Part shown: positions 8,399 to 20,279 of the stretch, piece after piece
Layout: each line of letters starts with the position of its first letter
How positions within the stretch are numbered: position 1 is the first letter of the stretch
Virus record (IMG/VR): IMGVR_UViG_2541047691_000016
Strand: one strand, 5' to 3'
Length of the DNA stretch: 39,162 bases
From: a virus
Taxonomy: Duplodnaviria; Heunggongvirae; Uroviricota; Caudoviricetes
The notes under the pieces: generated by a model
The model's database searches: none
Told to the model about the DNA's origin: nothing
The model's input: the letters and a program-made list of their open reading frames with translations, nothing else
Made by a program: the position numbers and the translations under genes

Positions 8399-10414
8399 TT
8401 ATTGAGCTTCTTTTTGTGATGCCTGTGCGACTCTGGTGAGCGATTGTGTGACCGTACTGATCGCTCTGTCATATGCTGTGCTACCTTTTGGCGTATTTGC
8501 CAGACGTAACAAGGCATTTCGTATAACAGGGCTTTCGTATGCCTTCGCAGCTCCTCCTACGACACCAGCAGCAGGAACAACAAACGCAGCCGTTTTTAGC
8601 ATCCCCGCTAATACTGCTGCGTTTATGATGCCACCACCAACTAACAATCCATAAAGCTGCTGACCATTTAAGTTTTGAACGTTCGCTTTTGCCGCGTGTC
8701 TTGTATCGTTGAGGTATTTAATAACGCCGTCCAGTTCCTTTCCATGTACGCCTTTAAAGAAAGTTGCTGATTGCTTCCTGTTCCGGTGTAACGCATTAAT
8801 AAACTTTTCAACACTAATATTTCCAGACGGATCAGTCGCCTTATCTACAGCATTCTGAACTATGGCTGCTCGTGCGTTTTGCCTACCATTGTCATCCAGA
8901 AGCCTGTAAAGCTGAGAACGTTCTGATGGGTTTTGGCTAAAAACGAGTTTTGTTACATCCTCAGGTGTAGCCTTGCCGCTGGCTATTGCCTTTTGAACGC
9001 GCGTTCTTCCCATCATGTCATTGAATCTAGCCCATGAGCGATCAACCCTAGACATATTGGCAGCTTCTTCTGAGCCTAGTTTTTGGGATACTGCTTTTTT
9101 CATATCCGCTGTATATGCCTTGTAGACAATATCGCTGGCTTTCTGGAGCGTGTCTTTATCAACAGTCTCGTTTGAATTCATGAACCGCTTTCGAAGGTCA
9201 GTTCTGTTTTCTCTCGCCAGACGCAGGTCATTGGGTCCGCTGGTGATATCGTCTTTAAATTGCTGCAAGACTTTTACCGCGGCTCTATCCTGAGATTTGC
9301 CCGGGCGGCTTAACACGGCAATCTGATTGTCGATAGCTTTTACCGTGTTTGAGAGATCGACAGGGGTATCCCCCATAGCGTCAATTATGCGGTTATATCG
9401 CTTTCCTGCTGCCTCAATGAATTTTTGTTGCCCTTTAGTCGCAGATTCATAAAGCTGTTTATCAGAAATGCCACCCAGACCATCGCTAAATGTTCTGACT
9501 AAATTTTCTCGTGCTTGTTGTTGATTCAGCCGATTCTTACCGGTTCCAAAAAAAGGAACTCTTTCGCCTAATGTCTGAGCCTGACTCTGCATAAAGGTTT
9601 TATCTTTCAGCGTGTCACTGGTCATTAACGGCAGGTTTCTTTCCGACGCAAAATCGACAGCAGCCTTTGCTTCCGGTGACATCTCACCGCGAACAGCCCT
9701 GGAAACCGCACTAACTGTATTTTCCAGCCCCTTGCCAACACCACCAATGCCAGCAGAAATTACCGTTTGTGCAGGATCAATATCTTCTCCGCCAGCAAGG
9801 CTGGTGCCACCCTGTAGTGCTAAATCTGTAGCAGCTGATTTCCCTATGGCACCAAGCACCGTTCCAGCCCTGCCCGCTGGTGTGAACGCTAACGCATTAG
9901 CAAGAAACGAAGTCAGGTCTTGCGGTGATAAACCTGGCTTGTTCAGGGCATAATCACCGGATGGCAGGGAAACGATAGTGTTACCCTTCTCATCCTGCCT
10001 TAATTTCGCCCCCATACTCTGAAGAATCTTTTCCTGAGACGCGTCGGAGCCGAAAAGTTGAGACCATCCAGCCTTCAGGGCATCCATGCTTAGTGAGTTC
10101 AACTCAGGGGCAGCCCCAACATTTTGCAGTCTCTCCATTTCTGGTGTCATTCGGCTTTCACCGGTAACGGCATCGCGCATTGCAGCACCTAAAACAGCCC
10201 CTTGCTCAGCAGAGCGATCTAGTCCTTCCTTCTGCTGAGTGGCAAGCTGTGCATATCCTGATGCAAGTGAGTTGTCTGCTGGCGATTGCTGAACACCTTG
10301 TTGTGTTGGCGCTGACTGACCAGCAAAATACTCATCAATGGCGGACCCAATATCTTCCGTGCTCGTACCATCAGGAAAGGTAAATGTCTTACCATTTGCA
10401 GTTACTTTCATCAT
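8399..10414 (-). CDS. Ejection (DNA transfer) protein, P22 gp16-like
   Basis: 671-aa ORF last in the gp7-gp20-gp16 order after the tail needle; Gly/Ala-rich, typical of E-proteins. Confidence 0.8.
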   Translation of the reverse strand: MMKVTANGKTFTFPDGTSTEDIGSAIDEYFAGQSAPTQQGVQQSPADNSLASGYAQLATQQKEGLDRSAEQGAVLGAAMRDAVTGESRMTPEMERLQNVGAAPELNSLSMDALKAGWSQLFGSDASQEKILQSMGAKLRQDEKGNTIVSLPSGDYALNKPGLSPQDLTSFLANALAFTPAGRAGTVLGAIGKSAATDLALQGGTSLAGGEDIDPAQTVISAGIGGVGKGLENTVSAVSRAVRGEMSPEAKAAVDFASERNLPLMTSDTLKDKTFMQSQAQTLGERVPFFGTGKNRLNQQQARENLVRTFSDGLGGISDKQLYESATKGQQKFIEAAGKRYNRIIDAMGDTPVDLSNTVKAIDNQIAVLSRPGKSQDRAAVKVLQQFKDDITSGPNDLRLARENRTDLRKRFMNSNETVDKDTLQKASDIVYKAYTADMKKAVSQKLGSEEAANMSRVDRSWARFNDMMGRTRVQKAIASGKATPEDVTKLVFSQNPSERSQLYRLLDDNGRQNARAAIVQNAVDKATDPSGNISVEKFINALHRNRKQSATFFKGVHGKELDGVIKYLNDTRHAAKANVQNLNGQQLYGLLVGGGIINAAVLAGMLKTAAFVVPAAGVVGGAAKAYESPVIRNALLRLANTPKGSTAYDRAISTVTQSLTRVAQASQKEAQ

Positions 10415-11862
10415 TCCACCGTAAATTGAATGCCTGATTTTGACGTGTAGCTACCTCCTGCTGATTGCTGAGTAGCTGGCTGTTGCCTTGATGATTTCTT
10501 CCCGCCATTACCAACATTAACGTTATATTGCTGGTTGTAATTGTCGGTATATTGCTGAATGTCGCGCATTGATTGTTGCAGCGCTTCAGGACTTGAGAAA
10601 TCAGGCTTTGGCATACCCTGAAAATACCTATTGGCCTCTGCTTCGGTGTTGATGCCAGATGCCCCCATATCTCGGGCTGCTGCAATCCCCTGATTTTGCA
10701 TTTTGCCCATGATTCGCTGTGCAGCGTTGTATGGCCTCCTCTCCTCAACACCAGATGCCCTGCTACGAATATCTGCACCAAGAGCAAAAGAACCTGAAGA
10801 ACCTGTAATACCTGTCATGAAGCCAAGATCGTCAATTGATGCGCCAGAAATTGCATCAAGATCTTTCTTCATTTCGTAATTCTGTGCATTAGCTGCCGAT
10901 GTAGCCGGAGCAGCAATAGAACTGGCGGGGACGCGAATCATATTGCCCTCGTTGTCTATTCCTTCGTAGAACGCATTAGCACCAGCGCCGTGAAGCTTCC
11001 TACCAACCGTTACCGTTCTGCCATCTGCCAGTTGCACAACATTCTCCCCGCCAGCATCAGGACGACCTCGAACACGAAGATATGTCTTTTGTTGCTCTGG
11101 AGACAGGCTGTTGAAATATTGATATTCTTTAACAGATGCAGGAACAGCACCTCCAGCAGTGCGCAGGGAGTTTTCACGGCTAACAGCAATGCTTTGCGCC
11201 TTTAAACCTTCCCCAGCTTTATTGCTGCGAATCGTCTCTGCCAACTTGCCACGCTCAATATCCCGACCTTCCATTTGATCTTTGATATCGAAATACTTCT
11301 CATGACCGAGAGAAAATAGTGCCAGATTACCTGCGAAGTGCTGGAAGCCCTGCGGGTCATTAACCTGCATTTCCGCAATAGTTTCTGGAGGGATACCTAA
11401 ACGACGCATCTCCTTTTCGTTATCCATCATGAACCTGCCAAATGCACCCGGACCAAGCGACGAAGCGACCTGAGCCTTAAGCGCCAGATTGCCAAAATCA
11501 TCCCGCTGGGCGTCATCGACATACCCCATGCCTTTACGGACTTCCTCAAACTCTTCGGGGAATGCTGTAATAAGATTACGCATCTGCTCCCTGTCGCCGG
11601 ACGCATAAGCATCCGCATAACCTTTCTGGAATGCCGCTTTACGCTCCTGCTTTTGCTGCTGCTTATAAATATCAGCAACTCCAGCCAGACCACGAAGACC
11701 TGTCAGAGCAACGTTATTTGCACCTGATCGAGCCAGTTCATTGTTTTCGCGGATCAGACCAAGCGTTGCGTTAATGTCGCTTGCCTTTGGCGCATTCTCA
11801 TTTTGCGTACCGATGCCAGCCAGAAACCCACCAGAATTAATACCCTGTTGCCACGTAGCCAT
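10411..11862 (-). CDS. Ejection protein, P22 gp20-like
   Basis: 483-aa ORF, position and size match P22 gp20; overlaps the gp16 start. Confidence 0.8.
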   Translation of the reverse strand: MATWQQGINSGGFLAGIGTQNENAPKASDINATLGLIRENNELARSGANNVALTGLRGLAGVADIYKQQQKQERKAAFQKGYADAYASGDREQMRNLITAFPEEFEEVRKGMGYVDDAQRDDFGNLALKAQVASSLGPGAFGRFMMDNEKEMRRLGIPPETIAEMQVNDPQGFQHFAGNLALFSLGHEKYFDIKDQMEGRDIERGKLAETIRSNKAGEGLKAQSIAVSRENSLRTAGGAVPASVKEYQYFNSLSPEQQKTYLRVRGRPDAGGENVVQLADGRTVTVGRKLHGAGANAFYEGIDNEGNMIRVPASSIAAPATSAANAQNYEMKKDLDAISGASIDDLGFMTGITGSSGSFALGADIRSRASGVEERRPYNAAQRIMGKMQNQGIAAARDMGASGINTEAEANRYFQGMPKPDFSSPEALQQSMRDIQQYTDNYNQQYNVNVGNGGKKSSRQQPATQQSAGGSYTSKSGIQFTVE

Positions 11863-11872
11863 TGATTACCCC

Positions 11873-12565
11873 TTAAAACAACGAGCCAAGCAGACCAAGA
11901 CCAGCACCGATACCAGCACCCCACGGAGTTGATAGCTCGAGAGCACTGGCTATGCCACCACCCAAAAGCGCACCGGATGCAGCACCACTAACACCCTGCT
12001 GCAATGCTGACGGTCGGTTGGCGTTTGCCGCTGCAAGAGCCGCGCTTTGCTGTGAAATCTGACTCATGTTGTTGGCATATGTTTGCCCGGCGTTTGCCTG
12101 CCCCTGAAGAGCGCCAAGACCGATATTTGCCAGGTTGTTGTAATTGTTCATTTGTCCAGATAGCCATTGCTGACCAAGCGTTGGTGCGATTGTTGCTAAC
12201 TGATTACTGGTTGCGGTGGAACCCAATCCACCTGTTGCTTCCGCTGCCGCCAGACTCTGATAGCGAGCCTGACCTGCAAGGTCTTTATACTGCTGAGAGT
12301 TGTAATACTGGTTAAGTGCCTGACCTTGCCCTTCCAGAGACGATAAGTTCTCAAGGCTGCCGACATACTTCCCAGCCAGAGGAGTAAACAGCTTCAGGTT
12401 GTTCATGATGGTGTTGAACTGCTGATTTTGCAGGTCTGCGGCATACTTCTGAGCTTCTGCTGCATACTTTGCGCTTTTATCAGAACTGCCACCTTTCCCG
12501 CCTTTTTCAGGGTAATAAGGTTCCTCGCCGCGCAGTTTTCTGCCCAGCGTAAATGCATATAACAT
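11873..12565 (-). CDS. Ejection protein, P22 gp7-like
   Basis: 230 aa; N-terminus MLYAFTLGRKLRGEEP resembles P22 gp7. Confidence 0.8.
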   Translation of the reverse strand: MLYAFTLGRKLRGEEPYYPEKGGKGGSSDKSAKYAAEAQKYAADLQNQQFNTIMNNLKLFTPLAGKYVGSLENLSSLEGQGQALNQYYNSQQYKDLAGQARYQSLAAAEATGGLGSTATSNQLATIAPTLGQQWLSGQMNNYNNLANIGLGALQGQANAGQTYANNMSQISQQSAALAAANANRPSALQQGVSGAASGALLGGGIASALELSTPWGAGIGAGLGLLGSLF

Positions 12566-12567
12566 GG

Positions 12568-13023
12568 CTATCTCCCGTGATTCAGGAAGTCGATTAGTTC
12601 TTCGCGTGTGGCGCTGTAAAACGTCACGTCATCCACGCCTTTGAAGTATTTCTTGATGGTTCCTACACGCTTAAGGCCAATCATTGCGCAGTACATCTGC
12701 CCGTGGCGGAATTTGCGTGCAGCAAATGATGTGACGCACTGAACGGTGGTGTTGGTCAGAATGTATCGCCAGAACGCCAGCCCTATTTCCTTGCTGAAGC
12801 CGCGAATCTCTGGCAGGTACATGGCGTGGCAATCGAATGTAAGCGGCTGAATCTCCTGATAGTAAACAATGCCGCCAAACTGACCGTGCACGTTCACCTC
12901 AAAGTAACGGCAATCAGGTTTGTAGTCGTATCCATCACTGTTGTTGCTCCCGGCGATGATGTCAGGGTGATTTCCTACTGCTTCGATCAGGTCGATGTTT
13001 CGCGTTGGTTTGAATGTAATCAT
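12568..13023 (-). CDS. Virion assembly protein, P22 gp14-like
   Basis: 151-aa ORF between tail needle and gp7, as in P22 gene order. Confidence 0.7.
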   Translation of the reverse strand: MITFKPTRNIDLIEAVGNHPDIIAGSNNSDGYDYKPDCRYFEVNVHGQFGGIVYYQEIQPLTFDCHAMYLPEIRGFSKEIGLAFWRYILTNTTVQCVTSFAARKFRHGQMYCAMIGLKRVGTIKKYFKGVDDVTFYSATREELIDFLNHGR

Positions 13024-13724
13024 CAGTCAATCAGCCCATGTAATCTAAGTGCTGTTTCAAGCGCCAGAATACGCTGCCGCGCCTGCTCCAAACCTGTAGC
13101 GATAGCTGCGACTTCGGATTGTGTGTACGTAGTGCCGACCGTGTATGACTGGTTAGCGTTGAATGAGCCAAGAAGTGGTGTGCCTGTGGCCGCTGTCCAT
13201 CCGGTCTGCCTTGCTCCAACGACCTGAATTCCATCAACTGAATATGATGTTTTTACATCCAGCGGTGACGCAAGAGACTGCGATTCTGTTACGGTTTTCG
13301 ATACGTAATCACTCTTAATGTCAGATATATCGCTTTCTACGCCATCCAGTCTTTGGTCAACAGTGACCAGATGCGCCTGAATATCGATAACCTCATCCAG
13401 CAAGTAATCAACATCGCTACGCAGTACAACTATCTTCCCTTCGGCGGTTGTTAACCTGACCTCAAGGAGATTTATCGCTTTTGTGTTTGCGGTGATTCTT
13501 GCATCGTGGTCAGCCAGTTCGACATCCTGTTCATCGTTTTTCACCTGAGCATCGTAAGCGCCCTGACCAGCCTGATTTGCTTTCCCGGCAATTGCGCCGA
13601 CATCAGCCCCCTGATTAATGACATACAGCAGGTAAGACTGGCTGAATATATTGCGTGGAAGGATTGATGTATCGAGCCGCGTCGCCTGCACAATAACAGG
13701 GGTGTTGAGATTCGAATCAGCCAT
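13023..13724 (-). CDS. Tail needle protein, P22 gp26-like (233 aa)
   Basis: [36 protein letters not shown]...ALRLHGLID resembles P22 gp26 at both termini; ATG at 13724 overlaps the gp10 stop; the ORF-track start at 13826 is an extension. Confidence 0.88.
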   Translation of the reverse strand: MADSNLNTPVIVQATRLDTSILPRNIFSQSYLLYVINQGADVGAIAGKANQAGQGAYDAQVKNDEQDVELADHDARITANTKAINLLEVRLTTAEGKIVVLRSDVDYLLDEVIDIQAHLVTVDQRLDGVESDISDIKSDYVSKTVTESQSLASPLDVKTSYSVDGIQVVGARQTGWTAATGTPLLGSFNANQSYTVGTTYTQSEVAAIATGLEQARQRILALETALRLHGLID

Positions 13725-15142
13725 TACTCGATCCTTATCTGGCAGCCAGACAGAGTGACAGGTGACTTCGTGATAACGCGCAATTTGAAGCCGACATTTT
13801 TCCTGATGCGCCCGACTCGCTTCCACAAAACGCGTTTGTCGTAAACAAACGGTTCATTCTGCTCAATCATCTGCTCACGACCGTAATTGATGCCGTCAGT
13901 GGTTGCAGAGAGAAAAAGGCGGTCGGCGTACTGCGCAACGCCAGTTGAAGATTCAACTTCAAGGTCGAAAACTCTGGCGTTATCCGCTTTGAACAGAGGA
14001 GTAAACAGCAGATGCTCCTGTTGCTTGTCGTACTGGCTGCTGATGTCGAATTGCAATTTCCCGGTCACGGACTCCAGCTTATCGCCGCACGTTATCTGAT
14101 TGCCTTCGTAAATGAAGTCGATAGCGCGGTACACATCGTCATACAGACCTGTTTTCAGTACACACCATTGCGGAGCATTGGCGCTTGAAGATGCGTCGTA
14201 TACGAGGACATGGCGCGGAAGATGGATAATCAGCAGCTCATGCGCATCAAATCGCAGAGACTCCATCACACCATCAGCCAGTTCATCAGCAGTGTAGGAG
14301 CGAAGAATTTTCTCAATGCTCGCGCTGGCGATTGGTGACACCTGCCCGGAACCGATGATGTATACAGACGGCGCACCTGTTGCCGGATTGCTGATGAACG
14401 CATAGGAATCAGCGAATGGCGTTTTGCAATAGGTTCCGGCGATGCCTTTTTGCACCATCAGTGATGGCTGTGCGACATACAAAGCAGCACCAACGGTGGT
14501 TGCGCCAGTCAGGGAGAAATATTCAATAGTCGATGAACCAAAGCAGACGATGAAGTCTCGCCATGTCCCGATACCGATGATGCCGTCCGGCTGCGATTCT
14601 GCGCGATATTGTGCACTGTATCGGTCAGGGTGCGATTCGTCTTCAAGGTCAGTGATAAACCATGAATCAGTTCCGTCTTTTGACCACGCATAACGCCCAC
14701 GTAAGCGAGTAATGTCGCGAACTGAACCTAACTCATACTGCGTGAATCCACTGTCTGTAGGCCAGTTTGAGACGGTTTTAACCGTGCCATCATAACGATA
14801 CTCGACCAGTTGACCATTAACGCCTACAGCCTGTGATGTTCGACCATGCGCCATTGATACGCGACCACTTCCGGCGACGTCACCGACTTCGCTTTCTCCT
14901 TTGTACAGCTTGCCGCCACACACGCGATAAACAGCACTCTGCGCCATGTTGTACTCGACGCCGCGCGATATACCATTCACATCAGAACGTTTGGCAATGC
15001 CCGGGAATGAGCGAAGATATCCGCTGCTGTTCAGGATTTCTTTGGGCGTAGCCAACATATTCACTGGCAGATAGTCGATATAGTCGGCGTTTCGAAAGTC
15101 TTTGCCGACACCTTTCATAAGCGGAAGTTGCTGAATCGGCAT
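13724..15142 (-). CDS. Tail accessory protein, P22 gp10-like (472 aa)
   Basis: Same length as P22 gp10 and in the syntenic position. Confidence 0.85.
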   Translation of the reverse strand: MPIQQLPLMKGVGKDFRNADYIDYLPVNMLATPKEILNSSGYLRSFPGIAKRSDVNGISRGVEYNMAQSAVYRVCGGKLYKGESEVGDVAGSGRVSMAHGRTSQAVGVNGQLVEYRYDGTVKTVSNWPTDSGFTQYELGSVRDITRLRGRYAWSKDGTDSWFITDLEDESHPDRYSAQYRAESQPDGIIGIGTWRDFIVCFGSSTIEYFSLTGATTVGAALYVAQPSLMVQKGIAGTYCKTPFADSYAFISNPATGAPSVYIIGSGQVSPIASASIEKILRSYTADELADGVMESLRFDAHELLIIHLPRHVLVYDASSSANAPQWCVLKTGLYDDVYRAIDFIYEGNQITCGDKLESVTGKLQFDISSQYDKQQEHLLFTPLFKADNARVFDLEVESSTGVAQYADRLFLSATTDGINYGREQMIEQNEPFVYDKRVLWKRVGRIRKNVGFKLRVITKSPVTLSGCQIRIE

Positions 15143-15151
15143 TTATTCACC

Positions 15152-15613
15152 TCACGTACTCGGATCATCTTTCTCGATGTAAAACCGATTCCACGTAAAC
15201 GCGCTTTTGTTACCACTACCGCGAGGCATGTCATTTCGCCGCTCAAGTGGTGGTATTTTGGTTAAAGCGATACAGATTGTCTGATATGCACTGTCAGCAG
15301 CGGTAAGGAGAGCGTCTGACGGCTGAATGACGTTATCCATGCACACTTGCACAGCGAGTTTCAAAGCGACGCCATCATTTGCCCATGCAGGGATACCTGA
15401 ATCATCGTCAGGTAACGGCATGATGCCGTTTTCTGTATCAGCAAACTGATATCCAAGCTCGATACCTTTAGCCTGCCATGCTGCCATCATGTCTTCGAGG
15501 TCATTAATGGCATCTTCAATTGCCTGAGGGTCAGCATCTGTCAACGTGGCATTGGAATACAGCCCGGCTTTTCGTAAAGCCTTTAGAACGAGATCACCCT
15601 TCGTTTTCGCCAT
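15152..15613 (-). CDS. Tail accessory / head completion protein, P22 gp4-like
   Basis: N-terminus KTKGDLVLKALRKAGLYSNATLTDADPQAIEDAINDLEDMMAAW resembles P22 gp4. Confidence 0.85.
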   Translation of the reverse strand: MAKTKGDLVLKALRKAGLYSNATLTDADPQAIEDAINDLEDMMAAWQAKGIELGYQFADTENGIMPLPDDDSGIPAWANDGVALKLAVQVCMDNVIQPSDALLTAADSAYQTICIALTKIPPLERRNDMPRGSGNKSAFTWNRFYIEKDDPST

Positions 15614-15782
15614 CTTCTTCCGCCTTAGCCACTTTTTGCTTCGTTGCGGTTTCTTCAGGAGTTTTTACCCAACCTTTTTTCAGGTGAGATTTAACTTCTT
15701 CGTCATCAACAATGACGTAATCGACAGCAAACTGACCACAGGTGATCATGTTGCCAGGCTTATAGAGCATTGTTCGTGCCAT
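15594..15782 (-). CDS. Small hypothetical protein (62 aa) between coat and gp4
   Basis: ATG at 15782 with GGAGAAG RBS; the ORF-track start at 15821 is an extension. Confidence 0.5.
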   Translation of the reverse strand: MARTMLYKPGNMITCGQFAVDYVIVDDEEVKSHLKKGWVKTPEETATKQKVAKAEEDGENEG

Positions 15783-15823
15783 TGTCTTCTCCCAATAAAA
15801 ATGGGGCCGAAGCCCCACCAAAA

Positions 15824-17077
15824 TTACTGCCCGGCAATAACGATGCCCGTATATTCAGGAACAAGTACAGAGCAACCGTACAGAGTGGTGAAACGAGCAG
15901 TGGTTACGCCTTTGATGTGGTCGAAGGAGTAAGACATGATCAGCGTAGCGCCCTGCTCGGTGGTTGCTGTCATTACCTGTGGACCCTGACCAGTTGGGAA
16001 CGCCAGTTTGCCGTACATCAGTTCAACAGAACCATCAGCCCAGAACAGGTTAGCAGGTGCTGCGTTCTTGTTGAGAATGGTGATTGCTGCTGATTCTGCC
16101 GGTTTGGCATCGACGTTTGCATATGGACGACTCGCAACATCAGTATTTTCAACAGGGAGAATCTTTGGAGAAATTGTTACGGTAGTTCCGCTAACAGCCA
16201 GAACACGGAATACCTGCGGTTGACCGGTGGTATCTTTTGTGATCTGGTGTACGGAATTCACACCGGCAATGGTGAACGCATCACCAACCTGCAAGCCAGA
16301 TGCAGATACCGTAATAGTCCCCTGTCGGTTATCAACTGGCATACCATTTGAATCTTTCGCTTCAACCTTGTGTTCAGGTTGGCCTGATACTGTCAAGGAT
16401 TCAGTGCTTCCTTTCGGTAATCGACCAGAAATATCGGTCTTGTAGCTATCGAAGGACGCAACCGGAGGGATTTGCGCTTTTTCGTATGCTGTCAGGGTTG
16501 CGCCCTGAGCATAGGCACGGTGACCAAGCTCGCCAGCAAGGTCTTTGTAGTTGAAGGGGTTCCAGAAAGAGCGACGGTTGATACCCTGAGGTACACCAAT
16601 CGCCGTCATGGTGGCATCAATACCTGCCGCACAGTTCCACAAATCACGGCCCTGTGTACCTGCGGTTGAGTCAGCCATCGTGATCACGTTAGTAGCACGC
16701 TGCGTGACCATGGAAATCAGGTCAGAGTCAATCTGTGCAGCAAGGCGCATACCTGCGGCGCGACCAGCTTCAGTTTTATGTTCCGGATCACGCATTTCAC
16801 GCGCATCCAGAGTGTACAGAATGTTTTTCGGCTCCTTGAACACTGAAGGAACAAGGCGCTGAACCAGTGCTGTTGGCGTTTTGCTGCTGAGGTCGAGGCC
16901 TTCCTCAATATTCATGTGGTAATGCTGCGGACGATACAGAACATCACCTGCTCGCTGCATTGCTGTATCACCGGGACGGAATTTTTTAGCGTTACGGGAA
17001 ACTACGCAGGCGGCCTCAAAGCCTTCAACGTAGTTTTCGAACATGATTTCAAGGTCTTTTGCTAATTGGTTAGCCAT
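15824..17077 (-). CDS. Major coat protein (P22 gp5-like)
   Basis: 417-aa ORF directly downstream of scaffold, in the position of P22 gp5. Confidence 0.88.
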   Translation of the reverse strand: MANQLAKDLEIMFENYVEGFEAACVVSRNAKKFRPGDTAMQRAGDVLYRPQHYHMNIEEGLDLSSKTPTALVQRLVPSVFKEPKNILYTLDAREMRDPEHKTEAGRAAGMRLAAQIDSDLISMVTQRATNVITMADSTAGTQGRDLWNCAAGIDATMTAIGVPQGINRRSFWNPFNYKDLAGELGHRAYAQGATLTAYEKAQIPPVASFDSYKTDISGRLPKGSTESLTVSGQPEHKVEAKDSNGMPVDNRQGTITVSASGLQVGDAFTIAGVNSVHQITKDTTGQPQVFRVLAVSGTTVTISPKILPVENTDVASRPYANVDAKPAESAAITILNKNAAPANLFWADGSVELMYGKLAFPTGQGPQVMTATTEQGATLIMSYSFDHIKGVTTARFTTLYGCSVLVPEYTGIVIAGQ

Positions 17078-17095
17078 GCTTAATGCTCCAATAGG

Positions 17096-17989
17096 TTATT
17101 TTTTTGCCTTTTTAGCGGCGAAATACGGCGTCCAGTCACCAGTTTCCAGCGCCTTGGCTTTCAATTTGTCGAGGTTGTTGATTACTGCGCCGTTGCTCCC
17201 CTTAACCGTCGGGGTTGTGGCTGCCGTGGTTTTTGCTTTTGGCATGATTCTGGCCTTCGATTCGATACGTTCCAGCAGACGACCAATTGCTACGGGGTTG
17301 GTAGCTTCTGCCAGTTGCTTGCGCAGTTCAGCGTTGCGACCAAGCGCCAGAACAACGATTTCCGGATTCTCTGACTCAAACAGGATCGCGTTTTGTGTCT
17401 CGATGGGGATTTCCTCGAGTACGGCCTGCTCAGCTTCCTGATAGCCAGGAACTTTGAGAGCCTTAACACGTTGCTGATATTTGGATAATCGCTCTTGATA
17501 GGCAGCCTGAAGCTCCTGCTCCTTCTGCTTGCGAGCCATCTCCTGTTGCTGGTACTTGCCATTATCCTCTGCCCACTTAGCCATGCGTTGCTGGTAGATT
17601 TCTTCATCGAAACCGATGTCCTCATCATCCAGTTTTGGCATTCGCGGTGGTTGAGTGATTACCGGCTGCTGCTCGACGGGTTTCTGAGACTGACGCATCA
17701 GCTCTTTCAGCTCGCGGTCTTTCTCTTTAATCGTCTTGCGCAGGTGTTTTACCAGTCCATGCTCAGCGCCATCTTCGCTGGTTGGCGAATCCAGCTTTTC
17801 GTCACCAAAGTAGAATTCCTGTTCTGATTCGTCGTCATCAGTTTCAGTAGCCTCCTCTGCATCATTGCCTGAGGACTCACTGCCATCTTCTGTTTCGACT
17901 TTTTCAGCCAGTTCGACATCATCAGGAATCTGCTCTGACGCGTCGGTTTCGATTTCAACTTCTGGTGTGTTTTCTGCCATCTGGTCCAT
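17096..17989 (-). CDS. Scaffolding protein (P22 gp8-like)
   Basis: 297 aa, acidic N-terminus, coiled-coil middle, basic C-terminal helix-turn-helix ending KKAKK. Confidence 0.88.
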   Translation of the reverse strand: MDQMAENTPEVEIETDASEQIPDDVELAEKVETEDGSESSGNDAEEATETDDDESEQEFYFGDEKLDSPTSEDGAEHGLVKHLRKTIKEKDRELKELMRQSQKPVEQQPVITQPPRMPKLDDEDIGFDEEIYQQRMAKWAEDNGKYQQQEMARKQKEQELQAAYQERLSKYQQRVKALKVPGYQEAEQAVLEEIPIETQNAILFESENPEIVVLALGRNAELRKQLAEATNPVAIGRLLERIESKARIMPKAKTTAATTPTVKGSNGAVINNLDKLKAKALETGDWTPYFAAKKAKK

Positions 17990-18079
17990 TTGTTACCCCT
18001 GTTTACTCGATGTTCAGCCCATCGGAAGGCAATAGGGTGCCAGGCCTCATAAAGACAGCCATTGCACGTTATGGGTTAA

Positions 18080-20278
18080 TTACTGCTGTGGTTGTTGCTG
18101 AGTTGATTTTTGCAGGATGCTGCTGATGTCCATGCGCTGCGCATGGCCCTGTGCCTGACTTTTCAGGACAAGCTCTGCATCAGCACGGGCATTGTCTCCT
18201 TGCTGTTGCTGGAACTGTCCGAGCAGTTTCAGAGCCTCGCGGATATCAGATTTCTGCTGGCTATCGGCAGATGCGAGGATTTTCACAACATTTGCCGCTG
18301 CAACCTGAGCATCAGTCTGTGCCTGGAATGCTTTAACCTGAATGGCTGCCTGCTCGTTCTGCGCTTTCTGCAATTCAGCCTGACCAGCAAGAAGCTGACC
18401 TTGCGCAGCAACCATAGCCGGATCTGGCTGACTGGCCTGTTGTTGTTTCGCCTGCTCAACCATCTGCTGTTCTTCTGGCGTTCTCGGCTTGATAACTCCA
18501 GACAGAAGCAACTGATTGCGGTTGTATTCTTTAAGGTCGTCCATCCCTTCGCCGTCCATATTGTCGAGGATCATCGACGATACAAGGTCGTGTTTCGGCG
18601 TTCCGGGCGGGATAAGTGCCAGCATGGAAAGTAACGACTTAACCGTTGCGTCACGGCGAGTAGCGAACGACTGACCGACATCGACAGTCACTTCATAGTT
18701 ACCCTGCGAAAGGTCGTTAAGCGCGATAACCTGCCCTGTCTGACGGTCAACCACTTCACCAGTCATCAGCGCCACGTCATCGCTGCCGTCCTCATTAACG
18801 ATACGCATCGGCGTATCGCTGCCATAGACTTCACGAGCCATAGAAAGCCACACAACGCCAGCGCGACGCATGGATTTAGCCATGTTGTCCATGTAGATAT
18901 AGGACTGCGTATCCATCCGGTTAAAGATGCTATCAACGGTATCGGTAGCAACGTTGCTCGGCATGTTCTCAAGCTGCGACGCACCTGTAATTTGCTGAAT
19001 AGCCGTTCCGGTGTACTGCAATAGCCCGGCAAGAGCTGGAGGCATTTGTGTCGGAGGCGTATAACTGCTGACCTGAGCCTGCGCAGTAATATCTCCGTTT
19101 TTGTTTTTCAGACTGACCATCGGCAGGAACGCCGGGCGCTTTTTGTTGCGCTCCGCCCAATGAGTGGCGAGAGGACCAGGAATCATGTCAACATCAACTA
19201 CAGGAATGCCATCACCGCCAGCCTGAGTAGCGTTATCTGCAATCATGGAAACCATCAGGTTCTCAAGACGCTGTGCATCCATCGCTTTTGCTGCGTGGCC
19301 TTCGATTCGTTCCTGATTATCAACAAATGAGCGACGTCCATATACCGGGATGAGAGGAATATGTTCGCCCGGAATACGCTTCGGTTCTTCCAGCCATTCA
19401 GCGCCAGACAGAAGGCCGCAATAAACGCGGCGTTTCTTCACCGTTCGCTCGCCAATCAGTTCGAATGCACCATCGGTCAGCTCGTCGACAATATCTTTGA
19501 TTTGCTCTTCATCATAGATTGCCGTTTCTCCGCTAACAGGGTTGCGCCATGCCGTGAGCTTCACCTTCTCTATGCGAACTTCGTAGTAGCGCCCAACATA
19601 GATGGCATCTGGCGTTGACCAGTCATATTGAGTGCCAGTCTCATCACGAGAAAGGCCTGCCGCGATGGAATCAGGGTATTCAGCCTCGAACGCTTTAGGC
19701 GTCATGGAGAACATTTCCATAGCCCACATAGCATCAGAACGGTCATATTGCTTGCTGTCCTGATCGAAGAAGACGCATGTCGCAGGGTCGTAAACAGGAA
19801 GAAGGCTGATGCGTCGCTGCTCGTTACTTGGGTCCATTTCATCTTCGTAATCGGCACACATGCGGAAACAACCGAATCCGCCCGTTACAGCATCATCAAA
19901 TGCGTTATCACACGCTTCGCCACCTGATGTTTCCTGATAGTCAGCGCGGAATTTGCCGTTCATCTTTTTGGCTAACGCTTCCGATGCCTTGTCATCCTTC
20001 GGCCTGAATTTAACGCTGATGCGATTCTGTCGATACTCGCCAATGATGCGATCACATTCACGGGCAATCTTATTCAGTTCAAAGCGCGGGTAATGCTCAA
20101 ACCTGCCTTCATCAAATGAGTAACCAGCGTTTGTGCTGCCTTCCCACTGTGCGCCGGATACCCGGACGAAACGTTGAGCCTCAATAATCTGCTCACGCAT
20201 ATCCTGCGTTGCTGACCAGGCATTATCAAAGTTGCACAGCACCTTGCGATGCCAGTCAGTCATCTTTTTTTCTGCCAT
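18080..20278 (-). CDS. Portal protein (P22 gp1-like)
   Basis: 732 aa; Gln-rich C-terminal barrel segment (PDPAMVAAQGQLLAGQAELQKAQNEQ) resembles P22 portal. Confidence 0.92.
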   Translation of the reverse strand: MAEKKMTDWHRKVLCNFDNAWSATQDMREQIIEAQRFVRVSGAQWEGSTNAGYSFDEGRFEHYPRFELNKIARECDRIIGEYRQNRISVKFRPKDDKASEALAKKMNGKFRADYQETSGGEACDNAFDDAVTGGFGCFRMCADYEDEMDPSNEQRRISLLPVYDPATCVFFDQDSKQYDRSDAMWAMEMFSMTPKAFEAEYPDSIAAGLSRDETGTQYDWSTPDAIYVGRYYEVRIEKVKLTAWRNPVSGETAIYDEEQIKDIVDELTDGAFELIGERTVKKRRVYCGLLSGAEWLEEPKRIPGEHIPLIPVYGRRSFVDNQERIEGHAAKAMDAQRLENLMVSMIADNATQAGGDGIPVVDVDMIPGPLATHWAERNKKRPAFLPMVSLKNKNGDITAQAQVSSYTPPTQMPPALAGLLQYTGTAIQQITGASQLENMPSNVATDTVDSIFNRMDTQSYIYMDNMAKSMRRAGVVWLSMAREVYGSDTPMRIVNEDGSDDVALMTGEVVDRQTGQVIALNDLSQGNYEVTVDVGQSFATRRDATVKSLLSMLALIPPGTPKHDLVSSMILDNMDGEGMDDLKEYNRNQLLLSGVIKPRTPEEQQMVEQAKQQQASQPDPAMVAAQGQLLAGQAELQKAQNEQAAIQVKAFQAQTDAQVAAANVVKILASADSQQKSDIREALKLLGQFQQQQGDNARADAELVLKSQAQGHAQRMDISSILQKSTQQQPQQ

Positions 20279-20279
20279 A